Source of the DNA: an uncultured Chloroflexia bacterium
Lineage (GTDB): Bacteria > Chloroflexota > Limnocylindria > Limnocylindrales > CSP1-4
Reading direction: 5' to 3'
Assembly: GCA_963763775.1 (NCBI GenBank)
Contig: CAVXPZ010000002.1
Span: forward strand, 32,001 to 96,000
DNA: 64,000 nucleotides
In this document: in pieces, positions 36,498 through 45,191 of the stretch
Position numbering within the stretch: position 1 is the stretch's first letter
Layout of the letters: each line of letters begins with the position of its first letter
The notes under the pieces: generated by a model
Told to the model about the DNA's origin: nothing
Seen by the model: the letters and a program-made list of their open reading frames with translations, nothing else
The model's database searches: none
Program-made: the position numbers and the translations under genes

Positions 36498-37143
36498 TCC
36501 AACCGCTGGCATTGCCGGCCGCCCCGCTTCGTCTCCTGTGCATCGGCGCCCACCCGGACGACATCGAGATCGGGGCGGGCGGGACGATCGCACGGCTGGC
36601 CGGCGAAGGCCGTCTCGCCGAGGTCCATTGGCTCGTGCTCACCGGGTCAGATGCGCGAGCGGCGGAAGCGCGGGCGGGCGCGAAGGCCTTCCTCGAGGAC
36701 GGCCCGGCGGCCAGCCTGACGCTGCATGCGTTCCGCGACGGCTTCCTCCCGACGCAGCAGGCGGAGGTCAAGCTCGCGTTCGAGGCCCTGAAGGGCACGA
36801 TCGAGCCGGACCTCATCCTCACCCATCGTCGCGAGGACCTCCATCAGGACCATCGGCTCGTCGCCGAGCTGACGTGGAACACCTTCCGCGACCACCTGAT
36901 CCTCGAGTACGAGATCGCCAAGTACGAGGGTGACCTCGGCTCGCCGAACGTCTACGTCGCCCTCCCCGACGGCGGCATCGAGGCGAAGGTCGAACGACTG
37001 CTCCGGGTCTTCGGAAGCCAGCACGGCCGCGATTGGTTCGAGCCCGAGGTCTTCCGTGGCCTGGCGCGGATCCGTGGCATGGAATGCCGGGCCCCGAGCG
37101 GATACGCCGAGGCATTCACGGGCCGCAAGATCCGGACTCTGAT
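36494..37143 (+). CDS. PIG-L family deacetylase
   Basis: GAHPDDIEIG, HQDH, YEIAKYEGD, AEAF. Reads in frame into the next gene, probably because of a one-base insertion at a TGATG junction. Confidence 0.85.
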
Positions 37144-38083
37144 GGCGCCCGTCAAGCTCGGGGCCCTGCTCTGGAGCCAGTACACCGGCTGGAACGAGCT
37201 CCTCGAGGCCGCGCAGCGCGCCGACCGACTCGGCTACGACACGTTGTGGACGTGGGACCACGTCATGCCGGTCGTCGGCGACCCGGACGGACCGATCTTC
37301 GAAGGATGGTCGACGCTCGCCGCCTGGGCCCACGCGACCGACCGCATCCGCCTCGGGCTCATGGTCGGCGCCAACACGTTCCGACCGCCGGGCCTGACGG
37401 CGAAACTGGTCACGACCCTGGACCATATCTCGAACGGCCGGGCGATCCTCGGGATCGGCTCAGCCTGGTTCGAACCCGAGCATCTCGCCTTCGGGATCCC
37501 GTTCGGGTCCGGGGCGCCGGAGCGTCTCCGATGGCTCGCCGAGGCCCTGCCGGTCATCCGGTCGATGCTCGATGGACGTCCGGCGACCTCATCCGGCCCC
37601 CGCTACGCGGTCCAGGGAGCCCGCAATGACCCCGTGCCGGTCCAGGCGCATCTCCCGATCCTCATCGGTGGGGGCGGGGTCGACGTGACCCTCAAGCTCG
37701 TCGCCCGGTACGGCGATGCGAACAACATCGGCGGGGGCGTGGAGAACGTGCGTCGGAAGGACGAGATCCTCGTCCGGCACTGCGAAGCCATCGGCCGGGA
37801 CCCGGCGGAGATCGAGCGCACGTCCGGCCTCGGCACCGTCGTCATCAGGGATTTGCGACGGGAGGCCGTCAAGGTCCAGCGCGAGATCTTCGAACGGCAA
37901 GGCCGCGCCGAGGTCTGGGCCGACCAGCCGGTCGGCACCCCCGAGGACGTCGCCGAGCGCATCCTCGCCTACATGGACATCGGGTATCGCCACCTGACCG
38001 CCGGGTTCCCTGGCCCGCACGACGAGGAGTCGATGGTCCGCCTCGCCGGTGAGGTCCGCGCGATGGTCGATCGAGCGGGCTAG
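37142..38083 (+). CDS. LLM-class (luciferase-like, possibly F420-dependent) oxidoreductase
   Basis: LWTWDH, EGWSTLAA, TLDHISNGRAILGIG, PILIGGGG. Confidence 0.88.
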   Translation: MAPVKLGALLWSQYTGWNELLEAAQRADRLGYDTLWTWDHVMPVVGDPDGPIFEGWSTLAAWAHATDRIRLGLMVGANTFRPPGLTAKLVTTLDHISNGRAILGIGSAWFEPEHLAFGIPFGSGAPERLRWLAEALPVIRSMLDGRPATSSGPRYAVQGARNDPVPVQAHLPILIGGGGVDVTLKLVARYGDANNIGGGVENVRRKDEILVRHCEAIGRDPAEIERTSGLGTVVIRDLRREAVKVQREIFERQGRAEVWADQPVGTPEDVAERILAYMDIGYRHLTAGFPGPHDEESMVRLAGEVRAMVDRAG

Positions 38084-41000
38084 CTACCGACCCCGGCGGT
38101 CCGATGGGCCGCCACCTGGGTGGCCGTCAGGACCTTCGCGTAGACCGCGACCTCGTCGAGGATCACGTTCCCGAACTTGGTGCCGTCGTTCCACCGGCCC
38201 ATCCACAGGTTGGTGGTCGACGTCGCGAGCGTCCGGTCGGTCACCGTGCCCGTCACGTCGGCGCCGTCCTTGTAGAGCTTCACGGCCGAACCGTTCTTGG
38301 TGAAGACCACGTGATGCCACGTCGTCGTGTCCGTGGTCGTCCCGGTCTCCGCCACGATGATCCCGCCGCCGTTCTTGCTCACGGTCAGCTTGTTCGTGGT
38401 GCCGGAGATGTCGATCTGGTAGGCGTTCGGCCCGTCGTCGAGGAGGGCCTGCATGCCGGTCGCCGTCTTGCGCTTGAACCAGAACTCGATCGAGAGCGGG
38501 CCGTTCCCGAGTGCCGGGACCGACGATCCCGGCACGCCGACATAGCCACTCGTCCCGTCGAGCGACACCGCGCCGTTGGCATCGCCGGTGATCGCCCCGG
38601 CGACACCGCGCGTCAGCGTCCCGCCATACCAGCCGGTCCGGGTCCCGACGGCGTCCGTGGCGATGATCCCGGTCGTGTCACCAAGACGCCAGTACGCGGA
38701 CGGGCCGTCGGCGATGACCGTGTCCTTGTACGAGGCGGTCGACCCGGACGACGCGTACGTGGCGGTGAACGTGGCAGCCGCCGCGGCGCTCACCTGGTGG
38801 CTGGCCGCGCCGGCGTCGGACCAGTTCGAGAACGTGTAGTTGGTCCCGGCAAGCGACTGCGGCGTCGGCGCGGTCACCGACACCACGCCGCCCTTGATCG
38901 CCGTGTGGTCGTAGGGGGTCGTATGCGACACGCCGGTCACGGTCACCGACAGCCCCGAGGGCACCGAGCGGAACGAGAGGACGACGGTCTTCGGGTCGAG
39001 ACGGAGGGTGGTCGACGCGGACACATTGGCCGAATTGGTCGCGGTCAGCGTGAGCTCGAGCCATGACGGGTAGTCGTGATCCGGCGCGGCGAACGACCCG
39101 GTCGCGACACCGGCGAACGTCTGGAGCTGGTGGGTGTGGCAATTGGATGGGCAGTGCTGGAGGACGAGCTGCCAGGACAACCTGGTCGCGGGCTCGGTGA
39201 CATCCTCGGTGTCGGTCGCGTGGCCGGTGAAGGAGATCTGGTCGCCGACCGCCCAGGTCGTCCCGGTCAGGGGCGTGTCGATGACGGGGACCGGCGGGTT
39301 GTTCGACGCGGTGCCCACGGAGATCTGGACGCTCGCGGTCGCGCTCGCACCACCGGTGTCCGTCACGCGCAGGCCGACCGTGACGATGCCGGCCGTCGTG
39401 TAGGTCCGGCTCGGGGTCGCGCTCGTCGAGTCGTTGTACTGGCCGTTGCCGTCGAGGTCCCACGCGTAGGTCAGGGCCGTGTTCTCCGGATCGGAGGACG
39501 TCGTGCCCGAGAAGGAGACCGCCAAGGGGGCCGTCCCGGATGTGGGGTTGGCGACGATCCGCGCCGTCGGCGGCTGATTGGTCGACGTGGACGTGATCCG
39601 GCGGATCGTCCCGCCGTCGAAGTCGACGTAGAAGATGTCGCCGCCCGGCCCGACCTCGAGCTTGACGGGATTGGCCGCCGGCGACGCGATCACGCGGATG
39701 TTCGCCGGGTCGGGCAGGCCGTTGGAGCCGGGCAGCATCGCCCAGATGCAGTCCCGGGAGTTGTCCGCGAAGAACAGGGCATTGCGGTACTCGGCCGGGT
39801 ACGACGTCCCGGTGTAGAACGCGATCCCCGCGATCGCCGAGCTCCCGACCGCGCACCCGTCGCCGTTGAGGACGCTCGACGCGTGGTTGTACGTGAAGTA
39901 CGGGGCCGTGACGGGGTTGGCGCTGTCGGCATAGAGGCTCGAGCAGATCGGTAGCGAGGCATAGCCCGGCTGCTGGCCGACCCCCTCGTAGCACGGCCAT
40001 CCGAAGTTGCGCAGCGAGGTGGTCGACGTGATCCGGTCGATCTCCTCCCAGTCGCTCCATCCGACGTCGCCGACCCAGATCTCGCTGGTGCCCGGACGGA
40101 ACGTGTATCGGAACGGGTTGCGCATGCCGTAAGCGATGATCCGGCGAGCATTCGCGTCGGTCGACGAGGCAAGGGGGTTCGTCGGCATCCCCGCGCCCGT
40201 GGCCGGGTCGATCCGGATGATCGAACCGTTCAACGCCACCGGGTCCGACGCGCCGCCGCCACTCCCGCCGGCGAGGCCGGCCTGGTAATGGGCGAGGGCC
40301 TTCGCGCCCGACAGGGCGGTCCCGTAGATCGCCACGTCGTCGAGCACGACGTTCGCGAAGGCCGTGCCGTCGTTCCACCGCCCCAGCCACAGGTTCGTCG
40401 TCGAGTTGGTGAGGGTGGCGTCGGTGCCCGGCGCGGTGACGTCCACGCCGTCTCGATAGATCTTGGTGGTGGCCCCGCTCTTGGTGATGACGAAGTGGTG
40501 GAACGTCGTGGTATCCGTCGTCGCCGTGGACTCCTTGGCCAGGATGGCACCGCCGTTCTTCGCCACGGTGAGCTTGCCGTCAGAGCCGGAGAAGGTGATC
40601 TGGTACGAGCCTGGCCCCCGATCAAGGATCGCCTGGTTGCCCGTCGTGCTCTTGCGCTTCACCCAGAACTCGACGCTGAACGGGCCGTTGGCGAGGTCGA
40701 GCGGGGTGTAGTCGGGCACGCCGACATAGCCCGACGTTCCGTCGAGCGACACCGCGCCGTCCGTGTCACCGACGATCGCGCCGGCGACGCCGCGCGTCGA
40801 GGTGCCGCCGTACCAGCCGGTCTGGGTCCCGATCTGGTCGTTGACGAGGATGCCCGTCGGCTCGCCGAGCCGCCAGTACACGAGCGGCGCGTCGGCCAGC
40901 ACCGTCGACCGGTAGCTCAGCCCCGAGCCGCCGCTGGACGGCATGGTGCGCAGGTCCTGCGCGCGAAGGGCGCCGCCCTCATTGTTGGGGTCACCGCACG

Positions 41001-41757
41001 GGTTCTTCGGGGTCTGGCTGCCGCTGCTGCCCCCGAACTGCCCCCAGTCCGCGTTCGTGAAGCTCGCCCCGTCACCGCCGGAGACGTACAGCGCACCGTC
41101 GCTGCCGAACTGCATATCGCCGATGGAGTGGCTCGGGAACTGCTGGCACCAGTCGTTGATCAGCACGGTCTCCGAGCCGGTCATCACGTTGCCGGCGGCC
41201 TGGAGCCGCGAGACGCGGCTGCTGACCACGCAGCCGTCGGTGTTCGGTCCCGGCGGGTTCGGGCAGGCGTCGTTCCAGACGGGGGCCGTGCCGTTGATCG
41301 GCGCGTCGTAGGTATAGGCGACGTAGACGTACGGATCGGTCGGGAAATTCGGGGCGAGCACCATCCCGAGGAGCCCGCGGTCCCAGTAGTCATCGACCTT
41401 CGTCCGCAGATCCGCGAAGACGGTCGAGGTGGTCGCGGAGAGCGAGGCGAAGACCTTGATGAGCCCGCTCTTCTCGGCCACGAACACGCGTCCGTCGGAG
41501 GCGAACCGGACGTTGGTCGGGAAGGTGAGCCCGGAGATCGTGGTCGTCTCCGCCAGGCCGGTCGCGATGGACTGGGTCGAGAACGACCCGACCGTCGCGC
41601 GATGGGTGCCCACGGCCGCCCCGGCGTCCTCGCCCAGGAACGGGCGCGCGCTCGGGTCCGCCGCCGCGGCCGGCGAGACCGGCCCGACCGCGACCCCAAG
41701 CAGGGCCATCAGGACGACGGCCGTGGTGGCCGACCGTCCCATCCGTAGACGCCGCAC
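38080..41757 (-). CDS. Large secreted protein: PQQ-dependent sugar dehydrogenase-like propeller with an inserted LamG domain, PKD and Ig-like domains, second LamG domain
   Basis: Signal peptide; FVAEKSG, DRGLLG, SHSIGD..FGSDGALY, YGMRNPFR, DVGWSDWEEI, NFGWPCYEG; two YWRLG...DDVAIY LamG domains; YAWDLDGNG PKD motif. Confidence 0.88.
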   Translation of the reverse strand: MRRLRMGRSATTAVVLMALLGVAVGPVSPAAAADPSARPFLGEDAGAAVGTHRATVGSFSTQSIATGLAETTTISGLTFPTNVRFASDGRVFVAEKSGLIKVFASLSATTSTVFADLRTKVDDYWDRGLLGMVLAPNFPTDPYVYVAYTYDAPINGTAPVWNDACPNPPGPNTDGCVVSSRVSRLQAAGNVMTGSETVLINDWCQQFPSHSIGDMQFGSDGALYVSGGDGASFTNADWGQFGGSSGSQTPKNPCGDPNNEGGALRAQDLRTMPSSGGSGLSYRSTVLADAPLVYWRLGEPTGILVNDQIGTQTGWYGGTSTRGVAGAIVGDTDGAVSLDGTSGYVGVPDYTPLDLANGPFSVEFWVKRKSTTGNQAILDRGPGSYQITFSGSDGKLTVAKNGGAILAKESTATTDTTTFHHFVITKSGATTKIYRDGVDVTAPGTDATLTNSTTNLWLGRWNDGTAFANVVLDDVAIYGTALSGAKALAHYQAGLAGGSGGGASDPVALNGSIIRIDPATGAGMPTNPLASSTDANARRIIAYGMRNPFRYTFRPGTSEIWVGDVGWSDWEEIDRITSTTSLRNFGWPCYEGVGQQPGYASLPICSSLYADSANPVTAPYFTYNHASSVLNGDGCAVGSSAIAGIAFYTGTSYPAEYRNALFFADNSRDCIWAMLPGSNGLPDPANIRVIASPAANPVKLEVGPGGDIFYVDFDGGTIRRITSTSTNQPPTARIVANPTSGTAPLAVSFSGTTSSDPENTALTYAWDLDGNGQYNDSTSATPSRTYTTAGIVTVGLRVTDTGGASATASVQISVGTASNNPPVPVIDTPLTGTTWAVGDQISFTGHATDTEDVTEPATRLSWQLVLQHCPSNCHTHQLQTFAGVATGSFAAPDHDYPSWLELTLTATNSANVSASTTLRLDPKTVVLSFRSVPSGLSVTVTGVSHTTPYDHTAIKGGVVSVTAPTPQSLAGTNYTFSNWSDAGAASHQVSAAAAATFTATYASSGSTASYKDTVIADGPSAYWRLGDTTGIIATDAVGTRTGWYGGTLTRGVAGAITGDANGAVSLDGTSGYVGVPGSSVPALGNGPLSIEFWFKRKTATGMQALLDDGPNAYQIDISGTTNKLTVSKNGGGIIVAETGTTTDTTTWHHVVFTKNGSAVKLYKDGADVTGTVTDRTLATSTTNLWMGRWNDGTKFGNVILDEVAVYAKVLTATQVAAHRTAGVGS

Positions 41758-41883
41758 GTGACCCTCCCCCGGCACCCTTCGACCCACGCATCCGCGGCGG
41801 AAGACGACCCGTTGGTGCTCGGGTCGCGAACCGACCCGGACCGCCGGTTTCCTGGGGATCCGCGCGCTGTGTGGTTGAGGTGG

Positions 41884-41927
41884 AGACTAGGCCGGTCCGG
41901 TGGGGTGCGTCAACCAGAATCCGGTGC
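41884..41927 (-). promoter_or_regulatory. Sigma70-type promoter flanked by a GCACC direct repeat
   Basis: Minus strand GCACCGG-attctgg-TTGACGCACC; TTGACG, 18 nt, TAGTCT. Confidence 0.55.
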
Positions 41928-41954
41928 ACCCAGGCACCTGCCGCCCGGCCGGCC

Positions 41955-42881
41955 TCAGGGCGTGTAGGTGACGCTGACGGCCACGTAGTCGAGCTGGAAC
42001 TGCTTCGTGGTCAGCGTCGAGGCGTCGACGATCCGGACCCGGAAGTTCGTGGTGCTCAGCTGGGCGGCCGTCCAGGTGCGGCCCCACGTGTCCGACGTCG
42101 AGCCGAACGTGTACGTGGTCTCCGCCGCGGCCGGGATCGCCACGCTCTTGAGGGACGTCCAGGTCGTCCCGCCGTCCCAGGAGAGCTGGGCGCAGAGGTT
42201 CGTCGTGCCGCTCGCATTGTTCAACGCGAGGTCGGCCCGGACCCGGATGCCGTTGATGGACGTCACGGTGCCGGGCAGCCCGAGGACGTACCCCCAGAAC
42301 CGGTGTTGGTCCTTCGTCGTGTCGGGCGTCGCGCCGGTGCCGCACGACTGCGTCCCGCCGGTGCCGCTGTTCGCGTCGGTCGCGAACGACGAGTCGTCGA
42401 CGCAGGCGCGGGCCGGGTTGCCCTCGTAGCCGTTGTTGTCGCCGGCACTCGTCGTCTGGGCCCCGTTCGAGACGCACGGTTGATACAGCGTCGTCCCGTC
42501 GACGGCAGTGACCGTGTTGCTGTCGACGCTCTCCCAGCTCTGGAACACCGCCCGCAGCCGATACCAGAACGTCCCGCTGCCGGGGTCGTCGACGGTCGTC
42601 GTCGTGGTCCGGCCGGCGATCGCCGCGACCAGGGTGTACGTCCCGCCCGAGCTCGTCGCCCGATACAGGTTGTAGCCCGTCGCATAGGTGTCCGACGTCG
42701 CGGTCCAGCTCAGCGTGATCGAGGCGCCGCCCGCGGCGGTGAGCGTCGTCGGCGGCTGGAGGGTGTCCGACCCGACCGAGCCGGTGGACGTGGCGGCGTC
42801 GGTGTAGCGAGCCAGGGACCATGGCGCGGGAACGCCGATGACCAGGAGGGCCAGGACGAGCGGCACCGAGCGTCGGAGCAT
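41955..42881 (-). CDS. Secreted protein with SipW-class signal peptide and FN3-like domain (TasA-operon accessory)
   Basis: Hydrophobic leader ending WSLARYTD; LSWTA...GYNLYR...YRLRAV FN3 pattern; Cys-containing beta-rich C-terminal domain. Confidence 0.75.
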   Translation of the reverse strand: MLRRSVPLVLALLVIGVPAPWSLARYTDAATSTGSVGSDTLQPPTTLTAAGGASITLSWTATSDTYATGYNLYRATSSGGTYTLVAAIAGRTTTTTVDDPGSGTFWYRLRAVFQSWESVDSNTVTAVDGTTLYQPCVSNGAQTTSAGDNNGYEGNPARACVDDSSFATDANSGTGGTQSCGTGATPDTTKDQHRFWGYVLGLPGTVTSINGIRVRADLALNNASGTTNLCAQLSWDGGTTWTSLKSVAIPAAAETTYTFGSTSDTWGRTWTAAQLSTTNFRVRIVDASTLTTKQFQLDYVAVSVTYTP

Positions 42882-42884
42882 CGG

Positions 42885-43478
42885 TCAGGCGACCGGGTCG
42901 GGCGTCCGGCCGTCGTCGGCCCACGCCACGCCGGCGTCGGACCCTTCGGCCTCGGCGGGGTCCCGATCGAGTGCCCACGAGCCCACCAGCAGGACGATCC
43001 CAAGCGCGATGACGAACAGGATCCCGCTCGGGATCGACAGGAGCGCGACAAGGAAGCCCGCGTACGGGATGACGAGGACCTCGCGGCCGAGGACGGCGGT
43101 CGCCGGGGTGATCGACGGATCGGGCGCGTCGTTGGCGTCGCCCTTCGTCTCCAGCCACGGCTGGCCGTCCCGTGCGGCGATGCGGATGATCCGATGCGTG
43201 AAGACCGCCCGCTGCGGTCCGCTGCGCAGGCTGACCACGTCGCCGACCGCGAGCTCGCCCGCGGCGACCGGCCTGACGACCACGGCGGCGCCGAGCGGGA
43301 TCGTCGGCTCCATCGAACCGCCGGCGACCACGAACGTGGAAGCGCCGAAGAGCGGCACGACGCGGCCGAGGACCACGCCGAACAGCGCGACCACGACGAC
43401 ACCGATCAGCGCGAGGTCAAGCGCGCGTCGCAGCCAGGTGGTCCCCCGTCGTTGCCGATCCATGGTTGGCATCTCCAT
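42885..43478 (-). CDS. sipW: Signal peptidase I, SipW (ER/archaeal-type)
   Basis: VAGGSMEPTIP, VGDVVS, FTHRII, TKGDAN, IPYAG. Confidence 0.9.
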   Translation of the reverse strand: MEMPTMDRQRRGTTWLRRALDLALIGVVVVALFGVVLGRVVPLFGASTFVVAGGSMEPTIPLGAAVVVRPVAAGELAVGDVVSLRSGPQRAVFTHRIIRIAARDGQPWLETKGDANDAPDPSITPATAVLGREVLVIPYAGFLVALLSIPSGILFVIALGIVLLVGSWALDRDPAEAEGSDAGVAWADDGRTPDPVA

Positions 43479-43534
43479 GCTGCGACGGACCGCCACCCCG
43501 GGTGGGGCGACGGCGTCCACCGGCACGAATCGGG

Positions 43535-44125
43535 TTACGGGTTGTTGGCGGTCTGCTCGGCGTCGAACGTGAACGTCACGGCCGACGTGAGGCCCTGGAG
43601 CGTGTTCCCGCTGGTGAGCGGGAGGCTCACCCGGAAGCAGAGGACCTCGTTGCTCGCCGCCGCCAGCGTCCGGTCGCCGGCCTGGGCGCCCTGGGTGTTG
43701 CTGCCGATCGCGGCGCCGCTGAGCGCCGTGGCCGCCAGGACGGTCGTGCCGTCGAACGCGGCGCAACTGGTGCCCTGCGTCTTCACGGTCAGCTGGAGGG
43801 CCGCGCCGAGCGCGGTGGTCGCGGTCGTCGACATCGCGTAGCGGAGCGGCGCGGTGCCGGCGTTGGCGATCGTCATCGTGGCCGTGTTCGCGTCGCCGGG
43901 CATCATCGCCGCGACGTTGAACGCGACGGCCGGGCTCGATGTGATGTCGATGGTCCCGCTGGCGAACGACCCCGTCGACGCGGCGGTGTCGGTGAAGATC
44001 GCCAGGGAGAAAGCCCCGGCGCCCAGCCCGACCACGGTCAGGCCAAGCAGGGCAGCGAGGATCGGGCGGCGGTGGATGCGACGTTGCGCGCTCGGCATCC
44101 GGGTGAGGAGGTTGGACTCCTGCAC
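43535..44125 (-). CDS. TasA/CalY family SipW-processed fibre protein
   Basis: GAGAFSLAIFTD cleavage motif, FASGTIDI, MMPGD, NAGT..LRY, LCFRVSLP, GNTLQG, FTFDAEQ. Confidence 0.85.
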   Translation of the reverse strand: MQESNLLTRMPSAQRRIHRRPILAALLGLTVVGLGAGAFSLAIFTDTAASTGSFASGTIDITSSPAVAFNVAAMMPGDANTATMTIANAGTAPLRYAMSTTATTALGAALQLTVKTQGTSCAAFDGTTVLAATALSGAAIGSNTQGAQAGDRTLAAASNEVLCFRVSLPLTSGNTLQGLTSAVTFTFDAEQTANNP

Positions 44126-44330
44126 GGGGTGAACCCCTTTCGCTATGCAGCGGCCGGGCATGGCCGCGTTGTCCCCCCGGATCCCACAGGCGTGGAGACC
44201 CCGACGCTCTGTGCCTCCGGGATGGCATCGCGATCCGGTGAAGTGGCGTCTGGTGCATTCAAGCCGCCGCCGGTGCGTCGCCGCCACGGGACCGATGGGT
44301 CAGTGCGGGCGGTACCTTCGTCCGCCGCGC

Positions 44331-45191
44331 TCAGTCGGGTGGTGCCGCCCGCCCGCTCTCGGCCAGCCGCTCGTCGTAGCGCCGGTCGCGCCACGCCAAT
44401 GCGGCCTTGAGCCCGTCGCGCCGCACGATCTCGTCCCACTCGCGCTGTTCGGGGGTGTCGGCCGCGTTGATGATCGCGCCGAGGTCCAGGCCGGCCTCGA
44501 CCGCCATCCGGAACCCGGCCGCGTCCATCGCGCGGTTCAACATCATCTTCGTGGGACCCATGACCTCGGGCGGGGTCCGCGCGAGCCGGTCCGCCAGGGC
44601 GTCGACCTCCGCCGCCAGCCGGTCGGCCGGGACGACCCGGTTGATGAGCCCGATCCGTTCGGCCTCGACCGCGTCGATGAGGTCGCCGGTCAGCAGCAGC
44701 TCCCGGGTCTTCTTCTGGCCGATCAGGTACGGCATGAGGAGGGTGACCGGCGCCGAGCCATACCGGATCTCCGGTTCGCCGAGCTTGGTCCCCTCAGCGG
44801 CGACCACGAGGTCGCAGGCCATGGCGATCTCGAGGCCCCCCGCGAGCGCGTACCCGTGCACCTGGGCGATGACCGGCTTCGCGAGATCGAGGATCCGCAG
44901 CGTCGCCGCGACGTCGGCCGCAAGGAGCTCGCGCCAGCGGACCGGTCCCTCGATCCCGCCGTCGACCTCCTCGGCGAGGTCGTAGCCCGCCGAGAACGCC
45001 CGCCCGGCGCCCTCCAGCACCACCACCCGCACGCTCGGGTCCGCGGCCGCCGCGTCCAGGGCCGCGACGAGCGCTTCGACGAGCGGGCCCGAGAGCGCAT
45101 TCAGCTTGGCCGGACGGTTCAGGGTCAGGCGGACGCCCCACGGCGTCGACGTCGTCAGGACGAGGGCCGTCCCGTCGTCAGGTGCCGGCAT
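44331..45191 (-). CDS. Enoyl-CoA hydratase/isomerase family protein
   Basis: LNRPAKLNAL, FSAGYDL, ALAGGLE, GEPEIRYG. Confidence 0.92.
   Translation of the reverse strand: MPAPDDGTALVLTTSTPWGVRLTLNRPAKLNALSGPLVEALVAALDAAAADPSVRVVVLEGAGRAFSAGYDLAEEVDGGIEGPVRWRELLAADVAATLRILDLAKPVIAQVHGYALAGGLEIAMACDLVVAAEGTKLGEPEIRYGSAPVTLLMPYLIGQKKTRELLLTGDLIDAVEAERIGLINRVVPADRLAAEVDALADRLARTPPEVMGPTKMMLNRAMDAAGFRMAVEAGLDLGAIINAADTPEQREWDEIVRRDGLKAALAWRDRRYDERLAESGRAAPPD

Noticed and set aside
35651-38083. Apparent PIG-L deacetylase / LLM oxidoreductase fusion (810-aa ORF)
   Set aside because: The junction reads ...CGG ACT CTG ATG. Removing one base gives KIRL-stop with a classic TGATG stop/start overlap, and the window is indel-rich.
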